From NCBI GenBank assembly GCA_965222225.1, contig CBDCTK010000002.1, positions 608,001 through 672,000 of the forward strand: a stretch of DNA of 64,000 nt, in the 5' to 3' direction. Position numbers and translations under genes: made by a program. Below the pieces are notes generated by a model. The model did not search any database. It was not told the origin of the DNA and was given only the letters and a program-made list of their open reading frames with translations. This document shows, in pieces, positions 21,233 through 32,818 of this stretch. Each line of letters starts with the position of its first letter. Within the stretch, counting starts at the first letter, position 1. This DNA is from Candidatus Poribacteria bacterium (GTDB taxonomy: Bacteria; Poribacteria; WGA-4E; JAJDTR01).

Positions 21233-24200
21233 TCAGTCAGAGGTCCTTAATGCTGGCAACCCCTTCACAATCTCTACCGTCTCCAAACTCACGCTGATTA
21301 TCTTCTGAATCAACTTGACGATGTAACGTGGATCATCGGTGCGGTTTGGATCGTTGACGATGCCGCTCCGTTTGTCTATCTTGACGCGATACTGATCAAT
21401 CACCCATTCCAGCGCTGACCGATTGCCGAGGCGATATTCAAACGCCTTCGCCGGGATACCGTCAATAATCAGAGAATCGTTATAAATGATTTGCGTTTTG
21501 TCTTTGGACAGCCGCATTTTTTCAACGCTCCAACTGAATGGCACTTCCTCGTTTGCGACGAGTCGTAGAGAAGGTTCTCTGTTGCCTCCTTCGTACTCGG
21601 GCACATTCTCATAGTTTACGTGGATGTGCGCCAACCGTTGACCCGCTCCTGCAAATCCCCGGAAATCGGGAGCGTAAGGGAGACGCGGCAAGTCCCGCTT
21701 GAGGTTCGCCTGATACCGCTCCCGATAATCGGGGTGGTGCAAGAGGGCATAAACATAGTGAAAGATGTCCCACTTATCAATCTTGTGGTCGCGATAATTC
21801 GCGCGGAATTGTGCCAACGCCCGTTCCGTGATGTTCTCGCGGCGGTTGCTACCATCTTCTCCGTAGGTGTAGAAGGGGAAACATTGAGAATCTCCGGTAA
21901 GATGAAGATCTGTTAACTGCTGTGTCATCAAGCAGTGGAAGGGCTTTGTATTTCCAATGGCAGTAACGCAGATTGCCTTGTTTTCTGCTTCGGTTTCCGG
22001 TGTAGGGAATATCGATGGGAATACAAGCACCCTATCGTTCATTACACGACCAAAGTAGAGATACGATTATGTAAACGGCCGATAGAGGGACTGTCGGATT
22101 TTCGCATCAGTAAATCTCGTGGTTTGACCGCGCTCGAGTTTTTGTTTCAAGCTTGCGCTCCAACTGATTTTCGCGTCATCATAGACCACAAACTCATCAA
22201 CGTTTATGCCCCGATTTTCTCGGTGTTCCCACTTAAACACCTGCGAATTATAGGTATCAATCATCCCACGCATGTTTTCAACCAGCGCGTTTCGACTGAA
22301 GTTGAACGCCCAAGCGTCACGATTGGTTTTGACTCCGCCGCTGTAAGTCTTGAATATTGCATCTATCTCCTCGCTCTTTGCTGCTTTCGTAGCTTTGTTT
22401 CCCATCGGGACAAAGGTCTCAAATTCGGCGCGGAGTCCCTCAGTCAACCATGTGTATCGTTCGTCAGGTGCAATCGGTTTCCATTCCAGGTTTCGGTAAT
22501 GTTCTTTTGAGTCGAGATGGCGATACTTGTCTTCCTTGCGCCAATACTCATCAACACGCGCGTAGAAAATTTTAGTTGCCGTATTTGCGCGGTCAAGCTT
22601 TTTGACGAAAAAGTTGATGCTCACCCCCACCTGAATCCCAAAAACGTTGTGCGTTGTTCCTGACAGTTTTGGGTTTTTGCGCACGTTCCCACTTAGATCG
22701 AGGATGTAAATCGCGTCAAAATCGTCTACCAGGTTTTTTCGCATACCGTCGAATGCCAAATCACTCAGAAAACTGTTGTTCGTTACAAAAGCGACAACTC
22801 CTTCACCCCCAATGCGGTCCGATGCCCACCGAATCGCTTTGACATACGGGTCAGAAAGTTGATTCTTGAGCGTCGCTTTGGAGTCTGAGCTGTACGTTTG
22901 TCTTACTCGGCCATCCACCACAGGATACTGACGATTCTTGTTGTTGTCATTTTCGTTGACCTGACCGACATTGTAGGGCGGATTCCCGATAATCACAAAC
23001 ATCGGGGTCTCCCTCTGACTCTCAACGCGCTGCGAATTTGCAGGCGCGAAAAGCGGATACTGTCGGTCTTCCGCCAGATCGAAGGTATCGACAAGACAGA
23101 TCCCCTCAAACGGTTGATAGTGCCCCGTTGCCTCGTAAAACTGATGCTCAATGTTCATGGATGCGATGTAGTAGGGGAGTAGCATCACCTCGTTGCAGTG
23201 GAGCTCGCTTGTGTATTTGTCCTCTAGGGCGGGTCTCTGAATCTGCTCCATAATACGGACGATGAAATTGCCCGTCCCAACAAACGGGTCAACGATGTGA
23301 ACACCGGAATCGGAGATTGACCGATTAAATTCGGATCTCAGGATTTCCTCAACGCTTTTCACCATGAAATCGACAATCGGTTGAGGGGTATAGACGATAC
23401 CGTGGGTGTCGGCGACATTGACTGAAAATCCTTGGAAAAACTGCTCGTAAACCGTGTTAAGGAACCCTTGTTTTTGAGAGAAGTCGGTGATTCTCGCCGC
23501 ATTGCGTTCGATTGCAACGTAGAAACGGTCAAGGCTTTGGAGAAAACTGTCACGGGTAAATGACTGAGATGTCAAGGCGTCTATCACCTTCTCGATTTCG
23601 TTAGCGATGACGTTTCGGCGGGTAAAGTCGGGATTGTTGAAAACAGTGCGAAAGAGGCGTTCGGTCAAGAGATGCTGGGTGAGCATCTCCTCAACGGCAG
23701 CTTCGGAGAGGTTTGAGTTAATTGATTGACGGCATTTCTCGTGAAAATCCCCAAATGCTCTAGCAAAACGGCGGTTGGTTTCCCGTTCGCCTCGGATGAG
23801 TTTTGCCAAACCGTCCCCAAGCACGGGCACCACCTCTTTGAACTCAGCAACCGCCGTCTCCCATTCAACCTGTTCTTCCGGACGGTAATCGAAAAAGGTT
23901 TCAACCGCCTCAATCAGTTGCCTCGCGTCGGTCAGGTCGGCATCAAGCACCTGTTGCTTGTTTTGCCAAAGGATTGCCCGTTTTGGGATTTGAAAGATGA
24001 TGTTGTCTTGAGGATAGCCTTTCCCGAACTTGTCTAGCACGGCGGTTGGCAAGTCGTCGTGCATATCCTTCGCCTCCCAATAGCCGTGCGCTATCTTGAA
24101 ATCATCAAGTAACGCACCATCAATGGAAATTCGTCTATTTTGGCTGCCCATCATTCTGTGTTCAGCGACGAGCGTCCAGTTTAACCGCCGCCCACAGACT

Positions 24201-24325
24201 TTCAGCAAGGTTTGGAAGGCATCTCGAACAGCGCCTTCGTGGGAGACATCAATCGCCTCGAAATGGCGGAGGGAGTCATAATAGTCTTTCACGGGACGAG
24301 ATGTGGGCTTGAGGAGTGCGCTCAT
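21233..24325 (-). pseudogene. Type IIG/ISP-like restriction-modification enzyme split by one in-frame stop
   Basis: IDG...GYWEAKD nuclease motif, GIVYTP, DPFVGTGNF and GNPPY. YRPFT-TAA(22067-22069)-SYLYFGRV continues in frame into the LlaBIII-like TRD ORF 21233-22042. Confidence 0.88.
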
Positions 24326-24456
24326 AATCCCATTGGGAAGAGTTTATCCGTTCGTATTCTGATTAAAAGCCAACACATTTCCATTCGCTGTCTCTAATGA
24401 AATGCTGGCTTAATCAAACTTCGTCGATCGATTGAGAGAGTACAAGAAAAAGATAT

Positions 24457-24489
24457 AAAAAAACCCTGCGGATTAACGGTTCGCAGGGC
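24457..24489 (-). terminator. Intrinsic terminator after coxG
   Basis: CCCTGCG/CGCAGGG stem plus T7 on the minus strand. Confidence 0.65.
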
Positions 24490-24596
24490 TAGTCTATTTC
24501 CGTGCTGACGGACATGACAAAATACTAATGCACAACTCGACACAAAATTTTAGTGGTGACAGTATGTCACACTGAAAAACCGCTTCGTACAGACGC

Positions 24597-25049
24597 TCAA
24601 CAGTCAATATCGGTTGCCACGAGTTTGTTAATCTGTTTGAAAAATTGACCTACCGTCATCTTTGCGGCACTTCCAATGATGCGTTGTCCGACTCGGGCAA
24701 GTTTTCCGCCCACCGTTAATTTACCACTGAGTTCGACTTTCGTTTCATCAGGATTGGCTTCCTCTAGTCTAAAATCGCAGGCGCCTTTCAGAAAGCCAAT
24801 TGTGCTCTTTCCTTCAACGGTGAGTCGATATGAGGAAGGTGGTTGTTTGTTCTCCAACGTAACCGTGCCTTTATACGTGCCTTTAATCCCGGCAACTCCC
24901 ACCTTGATTGTTGCTTCATAGGAATCGTTACCCGTAGCGATGAGTTCTTCACAGCCGGGGATAGACTGGCTCAAAAGTTCGGCGTCGGTAAGGTGCTTCC
25001 AGACTTTCTCGCGGTGTGCAGATACGATATAATCGGATTTGATTTCCAT
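24597..25049 (-). CDS. coxG: Carbon monoxide dehydrogenase subunit G
   Basis: SIPGCE and VGGKLARVGQRII motifs. Cluster context supports the call. Confidence 0.9.
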   Translation of the reverse strand: MEIKSDYIVSAHREKVWKHLTDAELLSQSIPGCEELIATGNDSYEATIKVGVAGIKGTYKGTVTLENKQPPSSYRLTVEGKSTIGFLKGACDFRLEEANPDETKVELSGKLTVGGKLARVGQRIIGSAAKMTVGQFFKQINKLVATDIDC

Positions 25050-25120
25050 TACGGAGCATCCCTAACGAAATTAGGCGTTAGGATGAAACATAATTCCTAA
25101 CGCCTAACTGTTCTCATACA

Positions 25121-25981
25121 CTACGATGCTGCACCTTCAATCGCTCGGCGTGTGTAGACCTTTGCAAGATTCAATCGATACGCTTCACTCGCGTGAATGT
25201 CCTCCAAAATATCTACTCCATCAGCGGCTTTTTCCGCCGCCGCCGCGATGTTATCGGCAGTCAGGGCTCTTCCCGCCAACGCTGACTCGACCTCGGAGGC
25301 GCGATAAGGCACATCCGAAACGCCCGTGATGCCAACGGTGATGTTCTCGCAAACGTCACCGGATTTCGTTAGAACAGCGGCTACACCGGTGAGCGCAAAG
25401 CCGGACGCCACTTGATGCAACTTGAGATAGGTTCCCGTTGTGTTTTCATCCGGGATAGTGACATGAATCTCAGTGAGAATCTCGTCCGCGTCTAGGACGG
25501 TGGTAAATAGATCTTCAAAGAAATCTGTCGCCTTGACGACGCGTTCCCCACCAGAGCCGACAATTTTCAGATTGGCATCAAGAGCCAAAATCGTAGCGGG
25601 CCAATCCGCCGCGGGGTCGGCATGCGACAAACTTCCACCGATTGTTCCTTTGTTACGAACTTGCACATCGCCAATCTCGCCCGCGGTCTGAGCCAAAATA
25701 GGTAGCTTCTGGCTTACAAGATTCGAACTTTCCAGTTCGTAGTGAGTAGTCAAAGCGCCAATGACCAATTTGCCATCGGACTCAGAGATTCCTTTTAACC
25801 CTTCAACGCGTTGAATGTCTATGAGAACCGCTGGCTCGGCAAGCCGCAGCTTCATCGCCGGAATCAGACTGTGTCCACCGGCAAGAATTTTGGCGTCATC
25901 TCCGTGTTCACTTAAAAGCGCCAAAGCTTCATCAACTGAGGTGGGTGCGAAGTATTCAAAACTGCTCGCAATCATTTTCAA
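25121..25981 (-). CDS. coxM: Molybdenum hydroxylase FAD subunit
   Basis: AGGHSLIPAMKLR and QVRNKGTIGGS motifs. Confidence 0.9.
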   Translation of the reverse strand: MKMIASSFEYFAPTSVDEALALLSEHGDDAKILAGGHSLIPAMKLRLAEPAVLIDIQRVEGLKGISESDGKLVIGALTTHYELESSNLVSQKLPILAQTAGEIGDVQVRNKGTIGGSLSHADPAADWPATILALDANLKIVGSGGERVVKATDFFEDLFTTVLDADEILTEIHVTIPDENTTGTYLKLHQVASGFALTGVAAVLTKSGDVCENITVGITGVSDVPYRASEVESALAGRALTADNIAAAAEKAADGVDILEDIHASEAYRLNLAKVYTRRAIEGAAS

Positions 25982-26009
25982 TTCCTCCTTTCGTCTATAG
26001 CCAGCTTTA

Positions 26010-28343
26010 TCAAGCGTCTTGAATTGCCTGCCACACGCGGTTCGGCGTCATCGGCATATCAATGTCGGTAATCCCGAATGGGGACAGTGCATCGACAACC
26101 GCATTAACAAGACACGGTGAGGACGCGATTGTTCCAGCTTCACCCACGCCCTTGACGCCCAACGGATTAACGGGAGACGGCGTTGTGGTATGCTCGGTTT
26201 CAAAGCGCGGCACCTGCGTCGCCTTTGGAATGGCGTAGTCCATAAATGAACCGGTTAAGAGCTGCCCGTTTTCATCATAAACAGCGCCTTCGTACATTGC
26301 CTGACCCAGTCCCTGTGCAATGCCGCCATGCACCTGTCCATCAACTAACATGGGGTTGATAATATTTCCGCAGTCATCAATGGCGACATAACGCTGCAAA
26401 TCAATCTCTCCCGTCTCGGGATCGACCTCAACGATAGAGATGTGAGCGCCGAATGGGTATGTGAAGTTTGACGGTTCAAAGAAATGAGTCGCCTCAAGCC
26501 CAGGTTCGACATCCGGGGGCAGATTCACGGCAACGTGTGCCGTGGATGCGACGTCCGCGAATGTGACCGCCGAGCCAGGCGAACCTTGGACAAAGATGTT
26601 CCCATCTTCAAATACGAGGTCGTCAGCGTTTGCCTCCAGCATGTGCGCCGCGATCTGCGCCATTTTCTCCTTCACCTGCTTTGTGGCAATAATCAGAGCC
26701 GCGCCGCCAACCGCCGTGGCACGACTACCGAATGTACCGATACCTTGGGGCTGCCGTCCGGTGTCTCCGTGAATGACCACTATGTCGTCAATGCTTATCC
26801 CGTATTCATCGGCGACGATTTGAGCGAAACTGGTTTCCTGTCCCTGTCCGTGTGGTGACACTCCGGTCAGAACAGTCACTTTCCCAGTTCGTTCAATGCG
26901 GACAGTGCCACTTTCCCAGCCACCACCAGCAACACCGACAGAGGGACCCATACCACAGATTTCGGCGTAAGTCGCAATGCCGATTCCCATGTATCTTCCC
27001 TGTCCCCGAAGTTCCGCTTGCCGTGTTCGGAGACTGGCATAATCCACCGCATCCAGCGCCTTGTTGAAACTCATCTGGTAGTTGCCGCTGTCATAGGCGA
27101 CGCCTGTAGCCATTTCGAGCGGAAATTCATCGGGCTGTGGAAAGTTCTTGAAGCGAATTTCTTTGGGATCCATTCCCAACTTCTGTGCCGCCAGATCGAC
27201 CATACGTTCAATGATGTGCGTTGCCTCGGGACGTCCAGCCCCACGATACGCGTCCGTCGCCATCTTATTCGTGAAGACACCGATTAACTCCAATTTGATG
27301 TTCGGAATTTTATAAGCTCCCGACATCATGAGATATGTCAGCACGGGGATGATTGGCGTGAGCAACTGATGATACGCGCCCATATTGGCAAGCAGTTTCG
27401 CGCGGATCGCAGTAATCGTACCATCGTTTTTGACTGCCATGTCAACGTAGTCGACCTGATCACGTCCATGAATCGTTGTCGTGAAGCCCTCACTCCGCTT
27501 CTCAATCCATTTCACAGGCTTCCGCAACTGCGTTGCCAAATAAGCGACCACGGCTTCTTCGGGATATACATTCAACTTACTGCCGAATCCGCCTCCCACT
27601 TCCGGGGCAATGACGCGAACGAGTTGTTCGGGAAAGTCAAGGAGCAGGGACAAAATGGTCTTGAGGTGATGAGGAACTTGCGTCGAAGACCAGACGGTAA
27701 GTGTTCCCTCTCCCGGAAGATATTCGGCTAATACTCCACGCGGTTCAATCGGGTTGGGAATCAGACGCTGATTCACGAAGCGTTGAGAGACCACATGGTC
27801 GGCTTCGGCAAACGCCGCATCCACATCGCCCGCGTCAAGTGGCATTGTAAAGGCGATATTGTCATCGAATTCATCGTAGATAACTGTTGAATCCGATTCA
27901 ATTGCTTTGTCCAAATCTACGACAACGGGCAGCTCGTCGTATTCCACTTCAATCAAGTCCAGCGCATCTCTCGCTATGTAGGGATCCGTCGCCACAACAG
28001 CGGCAATTGGTTCCCCGACGAACCGTACGCGGTCTACGGCAAGAGCGGGATGATCGGGAACCTTGAGCCCTTCAATCTCCGCAGCGCACGGGATTGAACC
28101 GACCTTCCCCTGAATGTCTGCCCCCGTTATCACCTTGACCACGCCCGATAGGTTCTCTGCCGCTTCCGAGTTGATGCTCTTAATATCCGCGTGCGCATAG
28201 TCGCTGCGCAAGAAAGTACAGTGAAGCGTATTGACCAACTTTATATCGTCTACATAGTGGGATAGCCCTTGGATTAGCCGCGGATCCTCCCGTCGCTTAA
28301 TCCGTGCGCCGATTAGCCGCGATGGCCCTGCCATAGTTGCCAT
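26010..28343 (-). CDS. coxL: Form II CoxL / xanthine dehydrogenase family molybdopterin subunit
   Basis: VGGGFGSK, active-site AYRGAGR, and GVKGVGEAG. Confidence 0.88.
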   Translation of the reverse strand: MATMAGPSRLIGARIKRREDPRLIQGLSHYVDDIKLVNTLHCTFLRSDYAHADIKSINSEAAENLSGVVKVITGADIQGKVGSIPCAAEIEGLKVPDHPALAVDRVRFVGEPIAAVVATDPYIARDALDLIEVEYDELPVVVDLDKAIESDSTVIYDEFDDNIAFTMPLDAGDVDAAFAEADHVVSQRFVNQRLIPNPIEPRGVLAEYLPGEGTLTVWSSTQVPHHLKTILSLLLDFPEQLVRVIAPEVGGGFGSKLNVYPEEAVVAYLATQLRKPVKWIEKRSEGFTTTIHGRDQVDYVDMAVKNDGTITAIRAKLLANMGAYHQLLTPIIPVLTYLMMSGAYKIPNIKLELIGVFTNKMATDAYRGAGRPEATHIIERMVDLAAQKLGMDPKEIRFKNFPQPDEFPLEMATGVAYDSGNYQMSFNKALDAVDYASLRTRQAELRGQGRYMGIGIATYAEICGMGPSVGVAGGGWESGTVRIERTGKVTVLTGVSPHGQGQETSFAQIVADEYGISIDDIVVIHGDTGRQPQGIGTFGSRATAVGGAALIIATKQVKEKMAQIAAHMLEANADDLVFEDGNIFVQGSPGSAVTFADVASTAHVAVNLPPDVEPGLEATHFFEPSNFTYPFGAHISIVEVDPETGEIDLQRYVAIDDCGNIINPMLVDGQVHGGIAQGLGQAMYEGAVYDENGQLLTGSFMDYAIPKATQVPRFETEHTTTPSPVNPLGVKGVGEAGTIASSPCLVNAVVDALSPFGITDIDMPMTPNRVWQAIQDA

Positions 28344-28480
28344 AATAGAGTCCCTCCTCCTGTCTACGTCAGATAAAGGATGCGCACAGTACACCGCATC
28401 TTAACCTTTATGAGCCGATGTACTTCTGCGTAAAATGTAGTATTACCTAGTGTCCATTATCGTAGGTACGCATCTCAAAT

Positions 28481-28972
28481 CTAGCCTTGCATCTTCTCAG
28501 CCGCGTATTGCACAGCATCAACGATATGTTGATAGCCCGTACAACGACAGAAATTTCCTACCAAGCCGTGCCGGATTTCGTCTTCCGTCGGGTTTGGATT
28601 TCGTTTTAGGAGTTGATGTGCCGCTACAATCATCCCCGGTGTACAGAAGCCACATTGCAGACCGTGACGTTCCCAGAACCCCTCCTGAATCGGATGGAGT
28701 TCGCCATCCTGCGCAAACCCTTCAATCGTTGTTATGTCTGCACCATCTGCCTGAATCGCCAACATCGTGCAAGTCTTGACTGCTTGTCCGTCCACAATCG
28801 CCGTGCAAGCGCCGCACAAGCTGGTCTCACACCCTATATGTGTGCCTGTGAGTCCGGCAACCTCTCGAAGGTAGTGAACTAGAAGTAGTCGAGGCTCAAC
28901 TTCGTGTGTGTAATCTTCACCGTTAATCGTCGTGTTAATCTGCTTTTGGTTTGTGTTCATCTTATGACTCAC
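28481..28972 (-). CDS. coxS: (2Fe-2S) subunit
   Basis: [19 protein letters not shown] and CRCTGY motifs. Confidence 0.92.
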   Translation of the reverse strand: MSHKMNTNQKQINTTINGEDYTHEVEPRLLLVHYLREVAGLTGTHIGCETSLCGACTAIVDGQAVKTCTMLAIQADGADITTIEGFAQDGELHPIQEGFWERHGLQCGFCTPGMIVAAHQLLKRNPNPTEDEIRHGLVGNFCRCTGYQHIVDAVQYAAEKMQG

Positions 28973-29493
28973 TTTTTGTGGTCTATCTCATACCTACGAT
29001 TAGACAATAAAATCGGGGAAAAATAAACTCCAATTCAAGATGTTCGTTGACAATCATTTCTGGATTTACCATCATTAAAAATCACACTGAGATTGAGAAA
29101 TTACTTTGTGAGAGTTAATAAGTTAGTAACTAGGATTTATCATGAGATTTACAGAATACCAGTTTGATATGATTTTGGCAATATAAAAATCGTTTGAATT
29201 TACAACATGCCAAGATTCTGGAAACTATTGATGATTTCGTGATTCGGGTTGCTGCTGAATCAATCCATCGGCGCAACTTGCAAGTGTTTTCGGTCTGTAG
29301 ATGTATCGAATAGCAGGCTTTTGATGTCGGTCTCTTGGATTATCATGGCAGAAAATATCTCGGTCTTTAAGTTTAATCCGTCATTCTAGCCCTTAGATTG
29401 TGTAGTGTCAATGAGATTTGGATTGTCCTCACCTTCCTTGTGCGCTATCATCCCCTACAGAATGACATCTAAATCCATCAAAGGAGATTCCAA

Positions 29494-30207
29494 ATGAGAT
29501 TACGTGCATCCGTGTTGGTTCTTGTTGCGTGTCTGTTTTGGCTAGGTGATGGTGTTAGCCATGTACCCGTAACAGATTCAGGATTATCCTATCCTCAGCA
29601 AAATACTTCCCGTGATACCGCCTACCCAGTTCTAAAAGTGATTGACGGGGACACAATCAAAATTGAATATGGGGGTAAATCCGAAACTGTCAGATTGATA
29701 GGAGTTGATACGCCTGAGACTGTGCACCCGAATAAACCTGTTGAACCGTTTGGTCCAGAAGCCTCATCCTTCCTAAAAAATATGCTCAAAGGTGAATCGG
29801 TATATTTACGTTTTGGCAATGATGAGCGAGGCAAGTATGGCAGACTTCTAGCCTACGTCTATCATGCTCCAGATGCGATGTTTGTAAACCTTGAGATAGT
29901 GAGGCAGGGGTACGGAAGGAGCTTCAGGCAATTTCCACACAAGCAGCTGGAAATTTTTAACAATTTTGAAAAGAAAGCGAGGGAAGTAAGGAAGGGGTTG
30001 TGGGCTGGAGAGTCTGCAAGAATTAACTCAGACGCTACTTCTGTGTCTGTGCCAACAACCGATGTAGATGGGGATATGACAGTGTACGTTACGAAATCAG
30101 GTAAGAAATATCATTTGGAAAGTTGCCGTTGGGGGAATAAGCCCATTTCATTGGCAAAGGCAAGGGGAAGCTATACGGCATGTGCCAGGTGTAATCCCCC
30201 GAAGTGA
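29494..30207 (+). CDS. Secreted thermonuclease (SNase) with C-terminal Cys/His metal-binding domain
   Basis: VIDGDTI, VRLIGVDTPE, GKYGRLLAYV and VYVTKSGKKYH..C...C..C. Confidence 0.92.
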   Translation: MRLRASVLVLVACLFWLGDGVSHVPVTDSGLSYPQQNTSRDTAYPVLKVIDGDTIKIEYGGKSETVRLIGVDTPETVHPNKPVEPFGPEASSFLKNMLKGESVYLRFGNDERGKYGRLLAYVYHAPDAMFVNLEIVRQGYGRSFRQFPHKQLEIFNNFEKKAREVRKGLWAGESARINSDATSVSVPTTDVDGDMTVYVTKSGKKYHLESCRWGNKPISLAKARGSYTACARCNPPK

Positions 30208-30941
30208 GAGGTGAACGTAAACTTTTCGAAAGGATTTGGGATAAAAAGATGGATTTGAAAGATAATTTACTACGAAGAATAGATAAGCTACTTGAGACCA
30301 AAAATCGGAAACCGCTAGAATCGGAAGTTGCTGAAATTGACGTTGCCATCACACATCTGTACGGAATGCTCTACGGTAAGCAATCAGCACAACTTGAACT
30401 TGTGTTAACGTTGCGGAAACAGGCTTATAGCACCGAGCGGGATGAACGACGCCATAGCTATGACAACGATCGATACTCAAAGTTACTACACTTCAGACAA
30501 GGACTCCGCGGCTGTCTCGAAGGATTAAAAGCGGACATCGATGAAGGTCGCATCGTAAATATCCATGCAGTGGCTCAAGGAGAGGTGTTTGGTGACTTCA
30601 TTGCATTGGCTCAAAGAGCACTTAACGAAGAACAGAGGGAAATCGCTGCGGTGTTAGCCTTTGCAGCCCTAGAGAATGCTCTTAAGCAATGTGCAACTAA
30701 TAATTACAAGCTTACCGTTGAGGAGGCGAATATGGACACCGTAATTAAAGCCCTTAAGTCTAAGGGTGCAATTTCTGGACGACAAGGAGAATTATTGGAC
30801 AAGTATAGAAATCTGCGCAATGACACATTTCACGCACGATGGAATAAAATCGATAGTCCAGAAATCAATGCCGTTCTCGGATTCACTGAGGAATTCCTGA
30901 AAAAGCACTTTTCTCGCGATAAAATTAAATTGTTAAAATAA
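30204..30941 (+). CDS. Putative HEPN (DUF4145-like) protein
   Basis: AAVLAFAALENALK helix and RNDTFH (Rx4H). Confidence 0.6.
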   Translation: MRGERKLFERIWDKKMDLKDNLLRRIDKLLETKNRKPLESEVAEIDVAITHLYGMLYGKQSAQLELVLTLRKQAYSTERDERRHSYDNDRYSKLLHFRQGLRGCLEGLKADIDEGRIVNIHAVAQGEVFGDFIALAQRALNEEQREIAAVLAFAALENALKQCATNNYKLTVEEANMDTVIKALKSKGAISGRQGELLDKYRNLRNDTFHARWNKIDSPEINAVLGFTEEFLKKHFSRDKIKLLK

Positions 30942-31060
30942 ACTCATTTGAGAGCATTCTAAGCTATAGTTCCCTCTTTTCGGGGTCCCTCTGCTATACC
31001 TAAGCGCAAAGAATCGCTTGTGGGCGTCTGTGGTTCGTTTTTGGGCGTACTGTGGCAGGG

Positions 31061-31649
31061 CTATTCGACTGTTTCGCAGAAACCATCCAGCCTTTCCTTG
31101 ATTTCAGCGTCGAATTTCCCTCTTGCACCAAAGTGGTGCATCTCTAGCACTTTCACTTTGTCGGGTACGATTAACTTGCCAAAAACATTTCTTAGCATAT
31201 TCGCCGTGTGCTATGACACCCTTGAGTGTGCGAATTTCGGCTATAAGTAATTGCACCACGGCAGAGTTATCAATGCGCGGTCTGATGTCGGTCGCATTGC
31301 TAAAAGCGTTTGTCTCAATACACCTAAATCCCTTTGCTTTGATGTAGTCAAAATACTTTCGGGTTTTACTTGATTTACCCGCTCGTACTTCGTTATATCT
31401 TGCCTCAAAGACTTCATAATCAAAGCCATTTTCATCATCCCAGAAATCCCACCAATCATTTCCAAGAGGCGTTTTCGGCTCTTTACCAATTATCACAATA
31501 TCACAGTCTTTAGGGTTACGAAACCCATCACATACAAAGGGTCGGGAATCCATGCAGCCCGAAGGAATAACTTCCCTAAGTTTCGGTGTCCAGAAAGGCG
31601 GGTTTGTTGGCTCAGCCGTAAATTTGAAGGGCGGGGATGTGATGTCCAT
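31061..31649 (-). pseudogene. Uracil-DNA glycosylase superfamily-like protein, apparently frameshifted near the 3' end
   Basis: RPFVCDG...IVIIGKEP...ETNAF...VIAHG. An alternative frame after a T5 run gives KVLEMHHFGARG...ETVE*. Confidence 0.5.
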
Positions 31650-31650
31650 T

Positions 31651-31696
31651 AAGAATACACCTTCCCTAATAAAAAGAATACACCTTCCCTAATAAA
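31651..31696 (+). repeat. Tandem 23-bp duplication
   Basis: AAGAATACACCTTCCCTAATAAA twice, covering the RBS region of the gene starting at 31649. Confidence 0.9.
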
Positions 31697-31781
31697 TCAA
31701 GCACTTTAACGTCCCTGCTAGTATAGTGCATCTGAAAGTGAACGTCAAACCAAAAAGACTGTTAGTGGGCTTGTCAATCGC

Positions 31782-32381
31782 CTAGTATGATTCCAACACT
31801 TCCTTAACCGCTTTCCTCAGCAATGTAAAGTGTTTTTGTATTGTGAAATGTGTCAAATGTTTCAATAACGGGTGGCTTGAGTAATAAACCCCTTCCATTG
31901 CAACTTCGTAGATTGCTTTGCAAATTTCATCTAGTTCCGACACCCTCGCCTCAACCAATTCCATCAACTCTTTTTCGATTACGATTTCATCTGGAGATTT
32001 TACAGAATAATCAACCACCCAAGACAATGATGCCTCATCAAATTCTGCCTGCCGAACCCAATCCCTCTTTTGAGCTTTCGCATATCGTATAAAATGCTTG
32101 CAAGCCCAAATCGCTGCATCCTTTACACACACCACCATCGGGTGTCTGTCGGGTTTGATATATTTTAGATTGTTGAGTAGTTGGATTCTTGCCTCTTGAA
32201 TAACATCATAAGCCGACCAACCCGTGTGAATATCAATTTTATTGAAATAGTTTATGACTGTCTTGTAAATTAGACTGTCGTATTGAAGGAGAATTATATT
32301 ACCTGCTCTGTTATCGCCCGACAGGTATGCTGCGATTAACGATTCTATTTCATCATTGGACAGTCTTGATAATCTTCTCAT
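31782..32381 (-). CDS. Phage-like sigma-70 family factor
   Basis: GDNRAGNIILLQYDSLI, YDVIQEARIQL and SPDEIVIEKE. Confidence 0.65.
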   Translation of the reverse strand: MRRLSRLSNDEIESLIAAYLSGDNRAGNIILLQYDSLIYKTVINYFNKIDIHTGWSAYDVIQEARIQLLNNLKYIKPDRHPMVVCVKDAAIWACKHFIRYAKAQKRDWVRQAEFDEASLSWVVDYSVKSPDEIVIEKELMELVEARVSELDEICKAIYEVAMEGVYYSSHPLLKHLTHFTIQKHFTLLRKAVKEVLESY

Positions 32382-32593
32382 ACCAACCCCCGCTTTTTGT
32401 GTATCGGTGAAATGTACCCTCAAATCGTGAAATATACCAGTTTGAGATTGGTGTAAGGTGAGGGGGGTTTGCTAGGGGTTGGTGAAATGCTCTCTGGTGA
32501 GACTGACGGGGTTTTGTTCGGGTTCGGGTATGTTACCCTGATTCGTAAATAGAACCCCGCCTGGTGTGCCTGAAGTGTGTTCTTGAATTTGTA

Positions 32594-32818
32594 TCAGACT
32601 GATAGGGATTGTTGATTCAGATTACGGGGTGTGTACAGGTTCGGATTGGTTGAAAACATTATCGGAATACACTTCCTGTTTGGGTCAAGTAAACGGAGAA
32701 ATGACTGAGTGAAAATTCCCTCACCTGGTTTCAATCCTGTGTGTACAAGATGCTTTCGTTGGTGTCGGAGTTCGTAACGCAATTTGTCAAGGTCAACAGT
32801 CATAAATTTAGCCTCCAA
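32594..32818 (-). CDS. Hypothetical protein
   Basis: Short ORF with GGAGG before the internal ATG (MTVDLDKLRYE). Confidence 0.35.
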   Translation of the reverse strand: MEAKFMTVDLDKLRYELRHQRKHLVHTGLKPGEGIFTQSFLRLLDPNRKCIPIMFSTNPNLYTPRNLNQQSLSV

